Source: Chrysomallon squamiferum
Taxonomy: Eukaryota > Animalia > Mollusca
DNA length: 64,000 nt
NCBI GenBank assembly: GCA_012295275.1
Contig: CM022677.1
Location: forward strand, 24,242,001-24,306,000
Reading direction: 5' to 3'
The notes beneath the pieces were generated by a model. That model made no database searches and was not told where the DNA came from. It saw nothing but the letters and a program-made list of their open reading frames with translations. Made by a program: the position numbers and the translations under genes. Below, piece by piece: positions 1 through 19,041 of the stretch (positions are counted from its first letter, which is position 1; the number at the start of each line of letters is the position of its first letter).

Positions 1-385
1 ATCGTAAATTTTCACCGTTCTACAAACAGAAATTGACAATGAAATGTGATTTTTATTTCTTTTCACCTGATGTTAATTTCCATGCACCTGCAATCAGACT
101 AGTTCCACGTGAAATTAGGCGTGTTCAAATATTTACCCAAGGTTTCAGTTTACTTCGCAGAATATTAAAAATCAGAAATCAACTTTAAATACGAATGTGT
201 TAATTAAATTTAATTCTTCAGGACTCTTGGGGGGTGAAATTGATCTAAAGTAATACACTGACAAAAGCTGGGGGGGGCGGATATGGAGGGGAGATTAGGG
301 GTGTTAATGGGATAATGTATTTATAATCATCTGATTAATTTTCTTTCTTAATTTTGATTCCATGATTTTTCTTCTTCTTCTTCTT

Positions 386-448
<63 letters not shown>

Positions 449-630
449 TTGCTGTACTGTTGTTGTTTATATTATCATTATTATAATCATTAGTAGTAGT
501 AATAGCAGTAGTAACTGTAATAATAGTACTAATAGTAGTAGTAGTTGGTGTTGTTGCTGTTATCGTAGTAGAAAAAGGTAGAAAGTGGTGCAAGTCGAAT
601 TCAAACTGCAATAACAACAACAACAACAGC

Positions 631-665
<35 letters not shown>

Positions 666-1235
666 TAATAATAATAATCTTTATCTAATTTAAATATTCC
701 CTTAAACAAAACAAAACAAAAAAAAAATTAAAATTTGATGACACCTCGCTTTTTCCGCCCGCCATCTTGAAATACTTTAAACATACCATTACGAAGATTA
801 AAACAATTTTGCTATTGGAAATATACATTTTTCCTTCACACGGACGGAGTATCGAATTCATCGCTGGAGTTTTATTTAAATTAAATGTGAAATGTATTAC
901 TGGAGGACAGCCGCGCCGCCTTTGATCTGCGTCCAAATCAATTACACAGGTTTCATAACGACGACAAGAAAAATCTCTTTGATGACTGCGGGCATGTAAA
1001 CATTATTGCGTAAAACTTGGACGGGCGTGTCTGCGGATAGGCAGGGACAGGCAGGGTAAAATTGAGAGGCGTGGCTCCCACTCCCATTTCATGGTGGTGG
1101 TACTGGTAGTGGTAGTAGTTGTGGGTGTTGTTGTTGTAGCAGTAAAATAAATAGATAAATAGTTTATGTTTGTATATATATGTTTATGTTTGTTTGTGTG
1201 CATGTGAGTGTGTGTGTTTATATACATACACACAC

Positions 1236-1275
<40 letters not shown>

Positions 1276-2039
1276 ATGTATGTGTATATGTATATATATA
1301 ACAACATGATACAATAAACACAGTACAATATACAGATACAACACACACACGCGCACCCAAACATACATTATATATATATATATATATATGCAGATATAGA
1401 TATATTTAGTCACAAAAACATATACAATACGTATATACAACATACAGAGAGAGATACGCACGCACAGCCACACACACACTCGCACAAACCTGTACAGACT
1501 TCTAACACCCTGTTTTATCACACTGAAACAATTAATACTTTTATGTAGAAATTTATGTATGAGTGTGTTTATAGAAATTTCGTACATTTCTGAAATGCCT
1601 CGAGTTTTCTTTTGAGAGTCTCGCAAACAAGCAACTGACAACAATTACTATTAGAACCATCCAGATCAAAGACGACCCCCCCCATCCAAACTCTACCCAC
1701 CGTCACACACATAACCGTCATATATCAAACGTTTTTTTTTTTTCGTTTTTTACATAAATTGACGAATTCCATTCTCTTTACAACTAATGCATTACAAACA
1801 GGCTACGAGCACTTGTATTAAATAAAATAAATAAATATAAAATAAAGAACAATATTATTTTAAAAAATAAAAAAAAAATAAAAAAAAAAAAAGAAGAAGA
1901 AGAAAAATTCAAAAGGCCCATTTTGTTAAACAAGACTGAATTAAAAACGAGTGTATTTTACCGTTCTATTTCTAGCCTGAGCAAAACTGTGTCGCCGCCG
2001 ATACGTTAAAAAAGCATTTTCAACGGCTTCGCTTTTTAC

Positions 2040-2570
2040 GTAACGACCGGGTGGCTATTTACCCAGGCTATTTCTCACACTTCGCCCGGCGCTGAACAAA
2101 CAGCGGCCGCGTTGAGAACCGTTATCTACCACAAACAACCCGCCTCGGAGCTCGAGAGCACGCGAGGTATCCCGCCAATAATCAATTTCCAGGCAGGTAT
2201 GAGACGTCACGTGACCGTTGACTCCTCGAATTACCTTATGTATCTCTCTCTCTTCGTTTAACGTACACACACACACACACATACAACAACAACAACAAAA
2301 AAAAATTTTTTTACGTATAATGCTCTCGTGCTCTCTGGGCCGTGGGAATAACAGTACTTTCGTCACGTGACCCATTTACATATTTTAATTAGTAAACGTC
2401 ATGTGATCGCTTGGCGACAACGCGCACGTGGTTTGCTATATTTTATTTACCTCCTACCTCGCTTCGCTGCACACTGGCTCCGCCCACTTTTTCGGGGTAC
2501 GCGAGAGAATAACGGGTTTTCTACCGTTACAGCGATAAGGGGTCGTTTTCGGGGAATTCACGCATAATAT
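2040..2570. promoter_or_regulatory. CpG-rich promoter-like region with E-box cluster
   Basis: Locally GC/CpG-rich. Two perfect GTCACGTGAC palindromes (2206-2215, 2362-2371), GTCATGTGA near 2398, CACGTG near 2425, CCAAT at 2175. Candidate splice donors downstream (AAG|GTAGGT at 2905, TAG|GTGAGT at 2909) suggest a non-coding first exon. Confidence 0.45.
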
Positions 2571-3051
2571 AGTTTAAAGGACCCGTTCTTTTTCTTTTTC
2601 TTTTTCTTTTTCTTTTTTTTCCTTCCTTCTTCTTTATTTTTTTTTCTTTAATAATAATATATAGGGTCAGTCTAATATATCACAAGCACTGTGAACACAC
2701 TATACTGAGGTATGCGTGTATGGGAGATCTTAAACGGAGGAGGATATGTAGCTTCAAATTGTCGTGTTTTATATATATAGATTCATTACGTTGTCCTGAT
2801 TTCGTGAAGAATTGTTAATCAGTGGTTTTTGTTGTGTGTGTGTTTGTTTCTGAAATGTCAAGAAGGGAGAGGTTGGAAAGCAGGTGACGAAAAATGACTT
2901 AGAAGGTAGGTGAGTGTTTTTTTTTTTTTTTTCTGTTTTGTTTATTTTACGTTTATTTGTTTTTTTTATAAATGTTTTGTGTGTCATTTGGTTTTTTAAT
3001 TTAGGAATTGTTGTTTTGGATAATTATGTTAGAGTGCTGTTGTTGTTGTTG

Positions 3052-3106
<55 letters not shown>

Positions 3107-3242
3107 ATTTATTATTATTATTATTTCTGAATTTGGGATTTATAGTTTATTTTATATTTAACGACTGCATTAAAATAATAATTAACGAGTTTAAAAAATA
3201 ATATATTTAAAATGTACAATTATATTTCTAAAAAGCATACTG

Positions 3243-3285
<43 letters not shown>

Positions 3286-4665
3286 AACTACTACTATTAT
3301 TATTACATATAATGATATATAGTCATCATCATCATCATCACCATCGTTATCGTTATTGTCGTTGTCGTTGACGTTAATGTTATTTATTTATTTATCATGT
3401 TCGTATCGTCGCGTTAGCATACAGAAATTGATTGTAATTGTTCTGTATTCTGGGAGCTGGTTTATCGGGACAAAGTGTTTATTAATCACAGCCTTATTTA
3501 GCAGCGATGAAAATTATTTACGTGGGCGGTAACGCGGAATAAAATAGGTTATTGTCACATGTTCAGCAGTGTTAGCGGTTTTTTTATTTTATAGTTTTTT
3601 TAATTCTTGTTTTATTTATTTATTTATTTATTGTTTGTTTGTTTGTTTGTTTGTTTGTTTGTTTGTTTGTTTGTTTGTTTGTTTGTTTTATTTATTTATT
3701 TATTTATTTATTTATTGTTTGTGTGTTTGTTGTATTTATTTATTTATTTATTTTATTATTGTTGTTGTTATTATTATTATAATTATTATTATTATTATTG
3801 TTTTAATTAAAAAACAAAAGAAAGAATTTAAAGTAAATGATTTAATGGCTACAGTATTCATTTATTTATTTTTAAACCATTTATTAGACACTCTCATCAT
3901 AAATTTCAACTAAAAAAAAATTATTAAAATATTTCTTATCACACCCAAGCAGTTTTAGTAACACATTTACATTTAGCCTCTCGATGTTATAAACATAGGC
4001 AACGCGAAACGGGTATTAGAAGACACTGTGAAATCACACTGTACGCAATGGTCAAGTACTGAACGTTAAAAAAAATAAAATAAAAATACAACAGTATACA
4101 TGTTTATTAGGTGTGTGAAATGTATACGTATAAACCTGGAGACTCAAAGCTAATAAAGAAGAGACTAAAACTGAAAATGTAGAGACGTTGTAAATCAGAG
4201 AGTTATTACAGAAATACGAACGGTACAGAGATACGACTTTGAACCAGATTACGACAAACGCCGGATTTTACAAACACTACGTCACCGACTGCAGCCTCTA
4301 AGCGACGCCTTTTTTGGGGGGGGGGGTGATTGTTGTATTGGCTGTTGTTGACCTAATTTTTAATCACGTTTACGGATTAGTACGTTTAGGGTCCTGGGTT
4401 CGAATAACGGGAAAGGAGATTGTGCTATATCATCTCAAATACTAATGAAATCGCTTGTTTATTTAAATAATTTTTTTTATTATTTAATTGTTTAATGGCA
4501 AATGATAGGATAGATAATAATAATAATAAATAATAATAATTTAAAAAAAAAATAAGTTTTCGATATTGATATAAAATGTATTGTTTTGTAAACAGAAATA
4601 TCTTCTTGGACGCTATAAAATGATACTAAATCACATGCATATGTGCATAATTAAACGTTCAAGAA

Positions 4666-4728
<63 letters not shown>

Positions 4729-6372
4729 GTTATTATTATTATTGTTGTTGTTGTTGTTGCTATAGTTGCTGCTGCTGCTGCTGCTATTGTTGGTATTGTT
4801 GTTGTCTTTGCGGCAGATGACATTATCGTCGTTATTATTATTATTGCTGCGGTTGTTGTTGTGGTCGTCATCGTAACAATTATGTTCTCTTTATTATTAT
4901 TATTAATATCATCATCATCATCATTATTCCATGTACGAGTTTCTATGTTCCCGTATAATCCAAAAAAATACGAAGACGTACCCACTACAACCAAATTTTA
5001 GCCAGACAAAATAAATAAATAAATAAATAATGGAAGGGCGACACGGAGATTTGAACCCAACACCCTGTGCGACATTACACGTAATCAACTTCACGTATGA
5101 AGTCAGCATTAAATGTGTCTCGCTTTGTATTCCGAGACCTCGTTTTACACGAGACAAAAGGAAGAAGACGACGAAAAAAAATAAAATATAAAAACGTTTT
5201 ATATTTCGTCAGAAAAGTTTTATAACTGTTTTACAACTACCGTTAGAAACGTATTGTGTTTCAGTCGTGCGGTAAGGTAAGCCTGTTTACCTGCGCGCTT
5301 TAGCCTTTTTCTATTACTGACGTTCCTCGCACGGAAAATGCCGAAGTCGCAACGCCGACTTTGCATTGTACGGAATTTTCCGATGTCCTACACGCATGAA
5401 ATATTTAGTGTGGAATGTGGATTGTACTTTAAATCTGAGCAAAGGCAACTAATGTATTTATCATAGAGGAAGGATTTTTTTTTTCCTTCTCCTTTTTTTT
5501 TAAAGATATAATACAAATTTCGGTATTTTCGGCAAGTTTCGTATTTTTACGGATAATAAAAAATGTTAACGTGCGATTAATGCCGAAGGAAAAAAAAAAA
5601 AAAAAAAAAAACACACTTTTATACACGACATTTTAAACTCACATACACTCATGCACAGATACTCACAAACTCACACACACTCACTCATAATTAAATACAC
5701 ACACTGACTGACAGACACACACATCTACACGCAAAAACAGACGTTTGTAAATTCACACGCACTCACAGGTACGCTGTATTTTAATTAAGGTAAAATTAAT
5801 TAGCGTCTGGTTACTAATTAAATATCTGTTACCTGCTTTATCAACGAATGATAATCAGCCAATCAGATTAGCTGTAAACAAAATTAGTTAACAGATTAGA
5901 TTACGGAATTATGTCAACCAAATGTCTGCATGATTTATATGCACGAAACCTACGTATATACTCGTCCTTTCTACCTTCTCTCCTTCTTTCTTTCTTTCAC
6001 TCATTCTTTCGTTCATTAATAGTTACTTTCATAATACAGTTTTATAAAAAAATAATATATCTTTCATATATATATATATATATATAATGTATGGATAGAT
6101 TAAAAAAATCACACAAATAGAGAGACACATTTACATATTATCTTAATATAATCAATAAAAAAAATATATATATGTTTACTTTATTTCTATTTTTTACCAT
6201 TTAAGTTTGTGTATCTTCTTAAGTGAAATTAGAGTATCTTAGTAGCATGTGTATATATATAAAATGTCACGCGTAACTATGGCGACGTAATAATTTATGC
6301 ATAACTTTGATATGATACATCAGCCACTTAACTGAAGTAGATCAAAATAATAACTTTGCTGAGAGAGAGAGG

Positions 6373-6461
<89 letters not shown>

Positions 6462-7499
6462 AGAGGAAAGACAGACAGACAGAGAGATAGTGACAGAAAG
6501 ATTAAAACAAAAACAAAAAAATATATAAAAAAAAATAACAAAATAACAATTTTTTTTTTTTAAAAATCACATTAATAACACATCTGAGCTAACTAAGGGA
6601 ATTGAAAACACACATGCAATCTACATTTTATACCGATATAAGAACAAAAAAATAAAAAAAAAAAAAAAATACAGTCCCACTAACAGTTGTCAAAATATTT
6701 CAATTTATTCAGCCAATATTTCAAGCGTCGCCCCTCGATAAATTTACAACTTGTTTAACCTACTCAATAGCGCTCTTGATAACGCCACGGTATCGGATAA
6801 CCAGACTACGTAAACCTAATGACCTCGAGTACAATCAACCTTTGCACGAGCAGCGGTCGTTTATTGTTGCCCACTGCAAAAAAAAAAAAAAAAAAAAACT
6901 ATTTATCAAAAGGCGTAACGGATCTCGGTGAACAGTCTACCGTCGACCGCATCGTCTCCGCTGAATAGAAACTAGAGTAAGGGGAATAACTGCGTTTCGT
7001 AAAATATTAAAATGTGTTAACTGAGCCGGGTAGCTTTTTGACGCGAAGCTAATATTTAATACATTTTAGTACGGTAATCGATCTCTTTTTTTTTTTATTG
7101 ATTATTGTGTGTGAATATAAAAGTGAAAAGAGTTCAGAGACGGCAAGAGCAATGTTGTTAGTTTATGAAATGATATTTCTCTGCGTGAAAAAACAAAAAA
7201 GTTTTAAATGTGTTAGTGTGTTGCCATTTACTTTGATAAATTTCGCTTCATTAAAAAATAATAATATTAATAATAAAATAAAAATGGTTTGCATACGCAT
7301 GTTGCTATTCTATTTAATTAAAAATAGTTCAAATACCAGCTTATCTCTGTCTCTATATATATCTCTTTTTCTCCTTCCATCCATCTAGTCGTTTCTCTGT
7401 CTATCTCTCTATCTATCTGCCTATCTACCTACGTGCCTATCTATCTATCTGTCTGCCTATCTTTAGACTCTGTCTTTGCTTTTTCATTTATTACCTCAG

Positions 7500-7599
<100 letters not shown>

Positions 7600-7955
7600 T
7601 ACTCATGCAAACAGAAACATACATACATATACACACCCAGTCACTCACTGTACATGATTTCTGCTATAAACAACTATTCATCTTTGTTGAGTTATAGACT
7701 AGGGACTGTTAGTGATTGATTACTGAACGTAATAGTCTATCGTAGCGTCGTTAGTAAAACCGCTCTATTGAATTACTCACCTGAGGGTTAATTAGCAAAC
7801 TCGTTTATTACCCTGTACACCTGTGTCTGATCACTGATTAATTTGATCAGGTCACAGGTAGAAATAGATCATTATTATCTATCTGCACAGAGGTTTACAC
7901 ACTCAGTGTTCCTGGATCGATTCTGGGTAAAGACACAGTGACTTTTTTTTGTTTT

Positions 7956-8083
<128 letters not shown>

Positions 8084-8528
8084 CCTCCCTCCCTCCCTCC
8101 CTCCCTACCCCATCCTAACACTAAACACACATATAACCAACCAACTGACCTGTTTCAAAATTATTCTCATAAATCAAGATTAAATATTACTTCACCCATT
8201 TTTAATCGTTACACTAAGTCGTGACGTATGAAGACGGCTTTACCTTGATACGGATATTCATTAGGAGCTTAGTGCACGAAGAGACTTTTGTCATTCTGAG
8301 TATTTAGGTTCAGTTCTTCGTAGTGGCAGATGTTGCTGGTGATGTGCTTGTTTTATTTCCGACAGCTTTGTTTTCTTTTGTCGAGTAATTAAGTTAATAC
8401 TACAAGCCATCGTGTTTGCTGTTTTGACAATCTGCTTTTCGACATTCTAAGACTATAGAGGATATTTTGGGATAAATATAAAATAAAAAAAAAATAAGAA
8501 AAAAAAAGAAAAATCTATTTATTTGTTT

Positions 8529-8579
<51 letters not shown>

Positions 8580-8650
8580 GTAATAATAATAATAATAATA
8601 ATAATTATAATAATAATAATAACAACAATAACAATAATAATAATAATAAT

Positions 8651-8715
<65 letters not shown>

Positions 8716-8816
8716 TACATACATACATATATTCGTATATAGATTATTTTCTCTACAGATGATATATGTTTATTTATATAATAATAGAGTTTTAAGCGAG
8801 AGAGAATATAAGGATA

Positions 8817-8940
<124 letters not shown>

Positions 8941-9450
8941 AATATTGTAATATTCCATCATCGTCATTGTCATGGTTATCATCAGCCCCACTAGAATCAT
9001 CAGCATCATTAGAATCATCATCTCATTCAAAAAATATCGAAACGTCGTCATTCAAAGCACAAGAACGATCAAACCTAAGACCCACCCAAACTACCTGTCA
9101 CCCACCCATCCATACTTCACCCACCCGTCTACCTGTCACCCACCCACCTACCTGTCACCCACCCAGCTACGTATACGTACAACAGAAAAACACGCGCACG
9201 CTCTGTCTAATTAGTGTCTTTAGCAAGCCCACAGAAACCCCAGATGTCCGCCGAACAATTAAATACCCTGGTAGAAAAATTGATTCCTCGCCACTGCAAA
9301 GGAATGCGCGATCCATAAGCGCGTTGTCATAATGCGCGACAGGACAATTATTTTTAGCTGTATCGCCATACCTGTGATCGATCTGCTACGCTAGAAAAGA
9401 TTTGTTGGTCCACAATGAGGGTTGACGTCTGTCAACGAGACTGAGAGAGA

Positions 9451-9481
<31 letters not shown>

Positions 9482-9604
9482 GGAGAGAGAGGATATCAGG
9501 ACGTCCTGCAGTTGAACTGATCTGCGAACGAGCTCTCTGTTTTTTGTCTTTTTGTATTGGTGACATCATGGTCACGTGCTCGTGTCGGGGGTGGGCAGCA
9601 GGGC

Positions 9605-9638
<34 letters not shown>

Positions 9639-10103
9639 TCGTCGTTTAAAGGTACGATTGTTGTTGTGTGTTTTTTTTTTCGGATTCTGTGAGAAATTCT
9701 TTCAGTAGGCTGATGATGCTGGCTGTAGCAGACGGCAAGAATTGTTTTATTTCTATTTTTATTTTTATTTTTATTTTTTGCGGTCGATTGTGATTCACGT
9801 CTGCTGTTTGCAGACGACATATTCTTTCGTCTGCTTTATTTAGAAAAGACAAAAAAAAAAAATTGCAGAATTAATAACTTATTTTTTTAGGCTGTTGTTT
9901 TGTTTGTTATTTCTTTACACAAAAGAAATGAAATTTTTTAAATAATATTAATTTATACCAATGCCTTCACTTTTTTCAGAAAACAGAAGAATTCGATAAA
10001 AAAAAAAAAAAAAAAAATAAAAATTAAAAAAAAAAAAAAGGATAACTGTGTTTTAATTGTCTACTACGAAACATTCCCACGGTTACTGTAGCAGTTACGG
10101 GGA

Positions 10104-14576
<4,473 letters not shown>

Positions 14577-14798
14577 TAAGGACAGCATTAATTTATTTAA
14601 TTATTTAAATTAACTTAATTATTTAATTATTGTCTTATTTCTTGCAGTATTTTTTTTTATTTTTATTTTTTTGTTTCTGTTTAAAAATCGAGGAGGATCG
14701 TTTGAAATCCTTTCGTGTGTTAGTTCGGAGGTTTCCGTCATTTCTCGGGAAAGTTCGTTAATGATTGACTGTATACGAATAATTTGTCTGGAGATTTC

Positions 14799-14845
<47 letters not shown>

Positions 14846-15147
14846 TATATTTATTTATTTATTTATTTTTATAATTTGTTTAGCCTCATCTCTCGTTTTT
14901 ATTACCTTAGCTAAACCTATACGAATGTTTCTTTCATTATGCAAATTGATACTTACATTGCAAAAAATAGTGATAAATTAATGAAATATGCATAATTTAT
15001 TTAAATTGTTTATAATATTTGACATCATGATGAATGCACTGTTATTTAAGGTTGGTTTGTGATGTTTGTAACTATTTCCGGTTTATTTTGTAATTGGAGA
15101 GGAATGTGTTCGATTTGCCTTACGTCGTAAGAAAAACGTTTTAATGT

Positions 15148-15194
<47 letters not shown>

Positions 15195-15324
15195 TTGGTT
15201 TTCTTCAAGTTTAAAGAAACCAAGCAAACAAAAAAAATAAATAAAAAAATAAATAAACAAACAAACAAGCCCACAATCAAACAAGCAGACAAATAAATAA
15301 TAAAAAAATAATAATAATAAAAAA

Positions 15325-15355
<31 letters not shown>

Positions 15356-16101
15356 AAATTAATAAAATAAAATAAAATAAATAAAATATAAAATAAAACA
15401 CGTGCTTCAGCAACCCAGATGGCTATTATAAAATTCAAAGTTCAAAATATCAAAAAAAATAAAAAAAATAAAAAATAAATAAAAAAATCATGTTAATTCT
15501 TAAGTACAATTTATAAGCTACGACAATTTGGCCACTTTGCAGCAAACAGCAGTTAATCGCGTTATCGCGCGTTGTCACGGTTTCTGCCGCGCAAATGAGA
15601 CAAGGCCCGGTCGCATAAACAAGTGATTTTTTTTATTTTTATTTTTTATTTTTTTTATTAATGGGTTATTTTTTATTTTATTTTATTATTATTTTTTATT
15701 ATTATTACTTATTTATTTATTTTTTTATTTATTTATTATTATTATTTATTATTATTATTATTTACTATTATTATTTTTATTTTTTATTTTTTTTTTTTTT
15801 ATTTATTTATTTATTTTTTTTTTTTTTTTATTTTATTTTTTATTTTTTTATTTCTATTCTTGTTTCGAAAATAACGTTGAAAAGAGTAATTTATATTTCA
15901 AAAACTACGCATCAGTTTCATCCGCAAAATTAGCTTTTATAAACTATTGTTTTGTTCTTTTTTTATATAAATAATCAGATTTCTGTTTATATTTGGAAAG
16001 ATCGTTAATTTGTTTCTTTGCTTGTTTGTTTGTTTGTTTGCTTTTTTCCCCCCATAACTTAACTTTGTTATGAGGATAATTTTTAATCAGATTACTAAAC
16101 T

Positions 16102-16144
<43 letters not shown>

Positions 16145-16416
16145 TTATTTATTTATTTATTAATTAAAAAAAACTGCCTTAACATGCTGTGTTCAACCAA
16201 ACTGTGTTCAGATGTTCTTAGATATATTTACTACAAATTTTTAATTTTAATTTTAAAACATGCATTTCTAGTTATTATTTTAATTTTAAATTTCTTTTTT
16301 TATTTTTGTTTTTGTTTTTATTGTATTAACGTCGAATCATCCAAATACTTTTTAAAATATATTTCATCTCAATTCTATTCACTGCCATATTTTCGATTAT
16401 TAAATTTTTCTTTTTC

Positions 16417-16447
<31 letters not shown>

Positions 16448-17106
16448 TTTTTTTTTTTTGTTTATTTATTTATGTCGTTGGAAAACAATGTAAAAGTAGG
16501 TGCAGAGCTTTACATTCACAACATATTTTTGTTGTTTTTCTTGTTCCATTTTCAAATATTTATTGTTGTAAATTCGAAATATTTTAAAGTGAATTATCAT
16601 TATTTAAAAAAAATAATAATATTGTACAAAGAAGCAGATGTGTTACTTCTGTTATAACCGTTTCAAAGTCTTTCCGGAGATGTACGGAAAATACCGATTT
16701 GTGACGGAATTGGCCGAGTGATGTTTTTTTTAGTGTAAATTTGAATATTTTTCTTCTTCATAGCTTTACCGGAAGTGACGTGTTAGTTATTATGAGTGAC
16801 GTTATTATTGTATATTGTGTAGATTTTGTTCTAATCTATTACTTCGTGTGATTGTGATACTTAGTAACTCGTTAACAGAGCTTACACGGTTACAGAGTGT
16901 AACTAAGCAACAGCAGTGACAAAATGTACAATGACCTTTGTAAATGTTAGCACCTCTTTAACACGACCACTGCGTAATCCTGAGTCTTTTTCCCTGCCAG
17001 TGTAAGTCGAGGACCCACCCATAAAGAAAAGTAAATAACAACTGCATCCACCCTCAATAGATGAAACTAAATGAAAAAGAAAGAAAGAAAAACAAGAAAA
17101 CCCCAA

Positions 17107-17250
<144 letters not shown>

Positions 17251-17459
17251 AATTATTATTATTATTATCATTATTATTAATACAGCATTATAATGTTTCA
17301 TGTTCAATCATAGCCTGACTTTTTCATACAACATTTTACAATTTGTCATTGATGTTAGCTTGGTAAAGTTACAATTATCGCAGGCTGTGTAGTTTATTCA
17401 AGCGTTTGCTGTGAGATATTAGTTATATTTATTGTTACCAGTAGATTAGATTTTATAGT

Positions 17460-17835
17460 CTCTAGATCGATATCAATCAACTGATACCTTTTGGGTCGAT
17501 ATTACTGATAGGTATTCGATGTCGTTGCAGCTGATATCACTGAATAGATAATATAGTCCGTATCGATGCCTCTGAAATCGGTATCGGTCTGTCGATACTT
17601 GTTGGATCGATTTTATCGACAAGATTAGGATGTTGTTAGATTGAAAATCGTGTTAGTCGATTCTGTATCGATACATTTTAGATCGATAATCTGTCGTCAT
17701 GTACTAGATCGATATTACCGATGATAGCTGGATATCGTTATCAGCTACTAGATAATACACTGTTAATCGATACCATATCGATATATATATACATATCTTA
17801 GATCGATGTCTTAGATCGATATCTATCAATCGATA
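17460..17835. repeat. ATCGAT-dense degenerate repeat tract
   Basis: 11 ATCGAT hexamers counted by eye in about 375 bp, plus many near matches. Includes two full TATCGATA octamers (17666-17673, 17776-17783). Confidence 0.7.
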
Positions 17836-18963
17836 ATCATATCATTGATGAAAGCCCTTTCTCCGTCCACGTATGTAACATAGAAATCATAAATATTGTC
17901 TGGCTAAGCAAATTCACTTAATAATTTATTTATGCATTGGATGGATGTGCTGGTTACACTATTCACGTTTACACAGAATTTTAACAGGGACCCTTTTTAC
18001 TTTACATTTTTTTACCTATATATTTTTTTTTATTTACAGAAGTTGTATTGGTATCTTAATCCAGAACTGTTTCTGTTTAAAATGATAAAAGTTCTGATTC
18101 AGGACTGAGATGCATTGGATGTTCATTTATTTCTGTTTTCTGTCCCTAGAATGTTTCGTAAATTTTTTTTTTTTTTTTTTTTAATAATTTATATTTTTTA
18201 TTATGATCCCGTTATGGATACATCAGTTTAGTACATGTGTGAACTAATGAAAGGATTATTCCTCCTGTTAAAATGTGTTGTACAAGATTCTAATGCCAAT
18301 CTAACATTAACATTTTTACAACATCTTCCTAGACACCAGTGTTACTTATCTCTCGTTGTTGTTGTTGTTGTTGTTGTTGTTGTTATTATTATTAATTAGA
18401 TTAATATTAATATTTATGTGTGTATATGTATGTATGTAGGTAGGTATATGTATATGTATCTATCTATATGTATTTATATATGTGTGTGTGTGTGTGTGTA
18501 TATATATTTCATACACACATATACATATGTAAATATGTTCGTACATACATAATGTACCTACCTATGTAGTTACATACGTACATACTTAGATTTGTATGTG
18601 TATACATACGTAAACATGATAAAGAAGAATATCACTTTGAAATAATAATGAAATGTGACATCAAAAACCAAAAATAATCGTTATCTAAATATCTATTATT
18701 CATACTATTAAATGTTAAAATTTTGCTAGGAATTATATTTTATGAAATAATTTTCGTTTATTTAAATTGGTTATTTAATTACCTGGCTTCGTAAAATAAA
18801 CTTTCTTCCTGTAGAGATGGTACAGATAATTCCCCTTCTCCTCATTATTATCAAACTAATTTTCGTTTTTAATCTATTTATATTAAATGTATAAAAGATG
18901 TAAAACAGATGTTCAGAACAAAAAATACTGAAAAGAAAGAAGAAATAGCAACTATAACGACAA

Positions 18964-19041
<78 letters not shown>

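Noticed and set aside
4380-5075. tRNA-like B-box fragments (GGGTTCGAAT near 4396; GGGTTCAAATCTC on the - strand near 5048-5060)
   Set aside because: No cloverleaf or A-box could be built. At most these are decayed SINE remnants.
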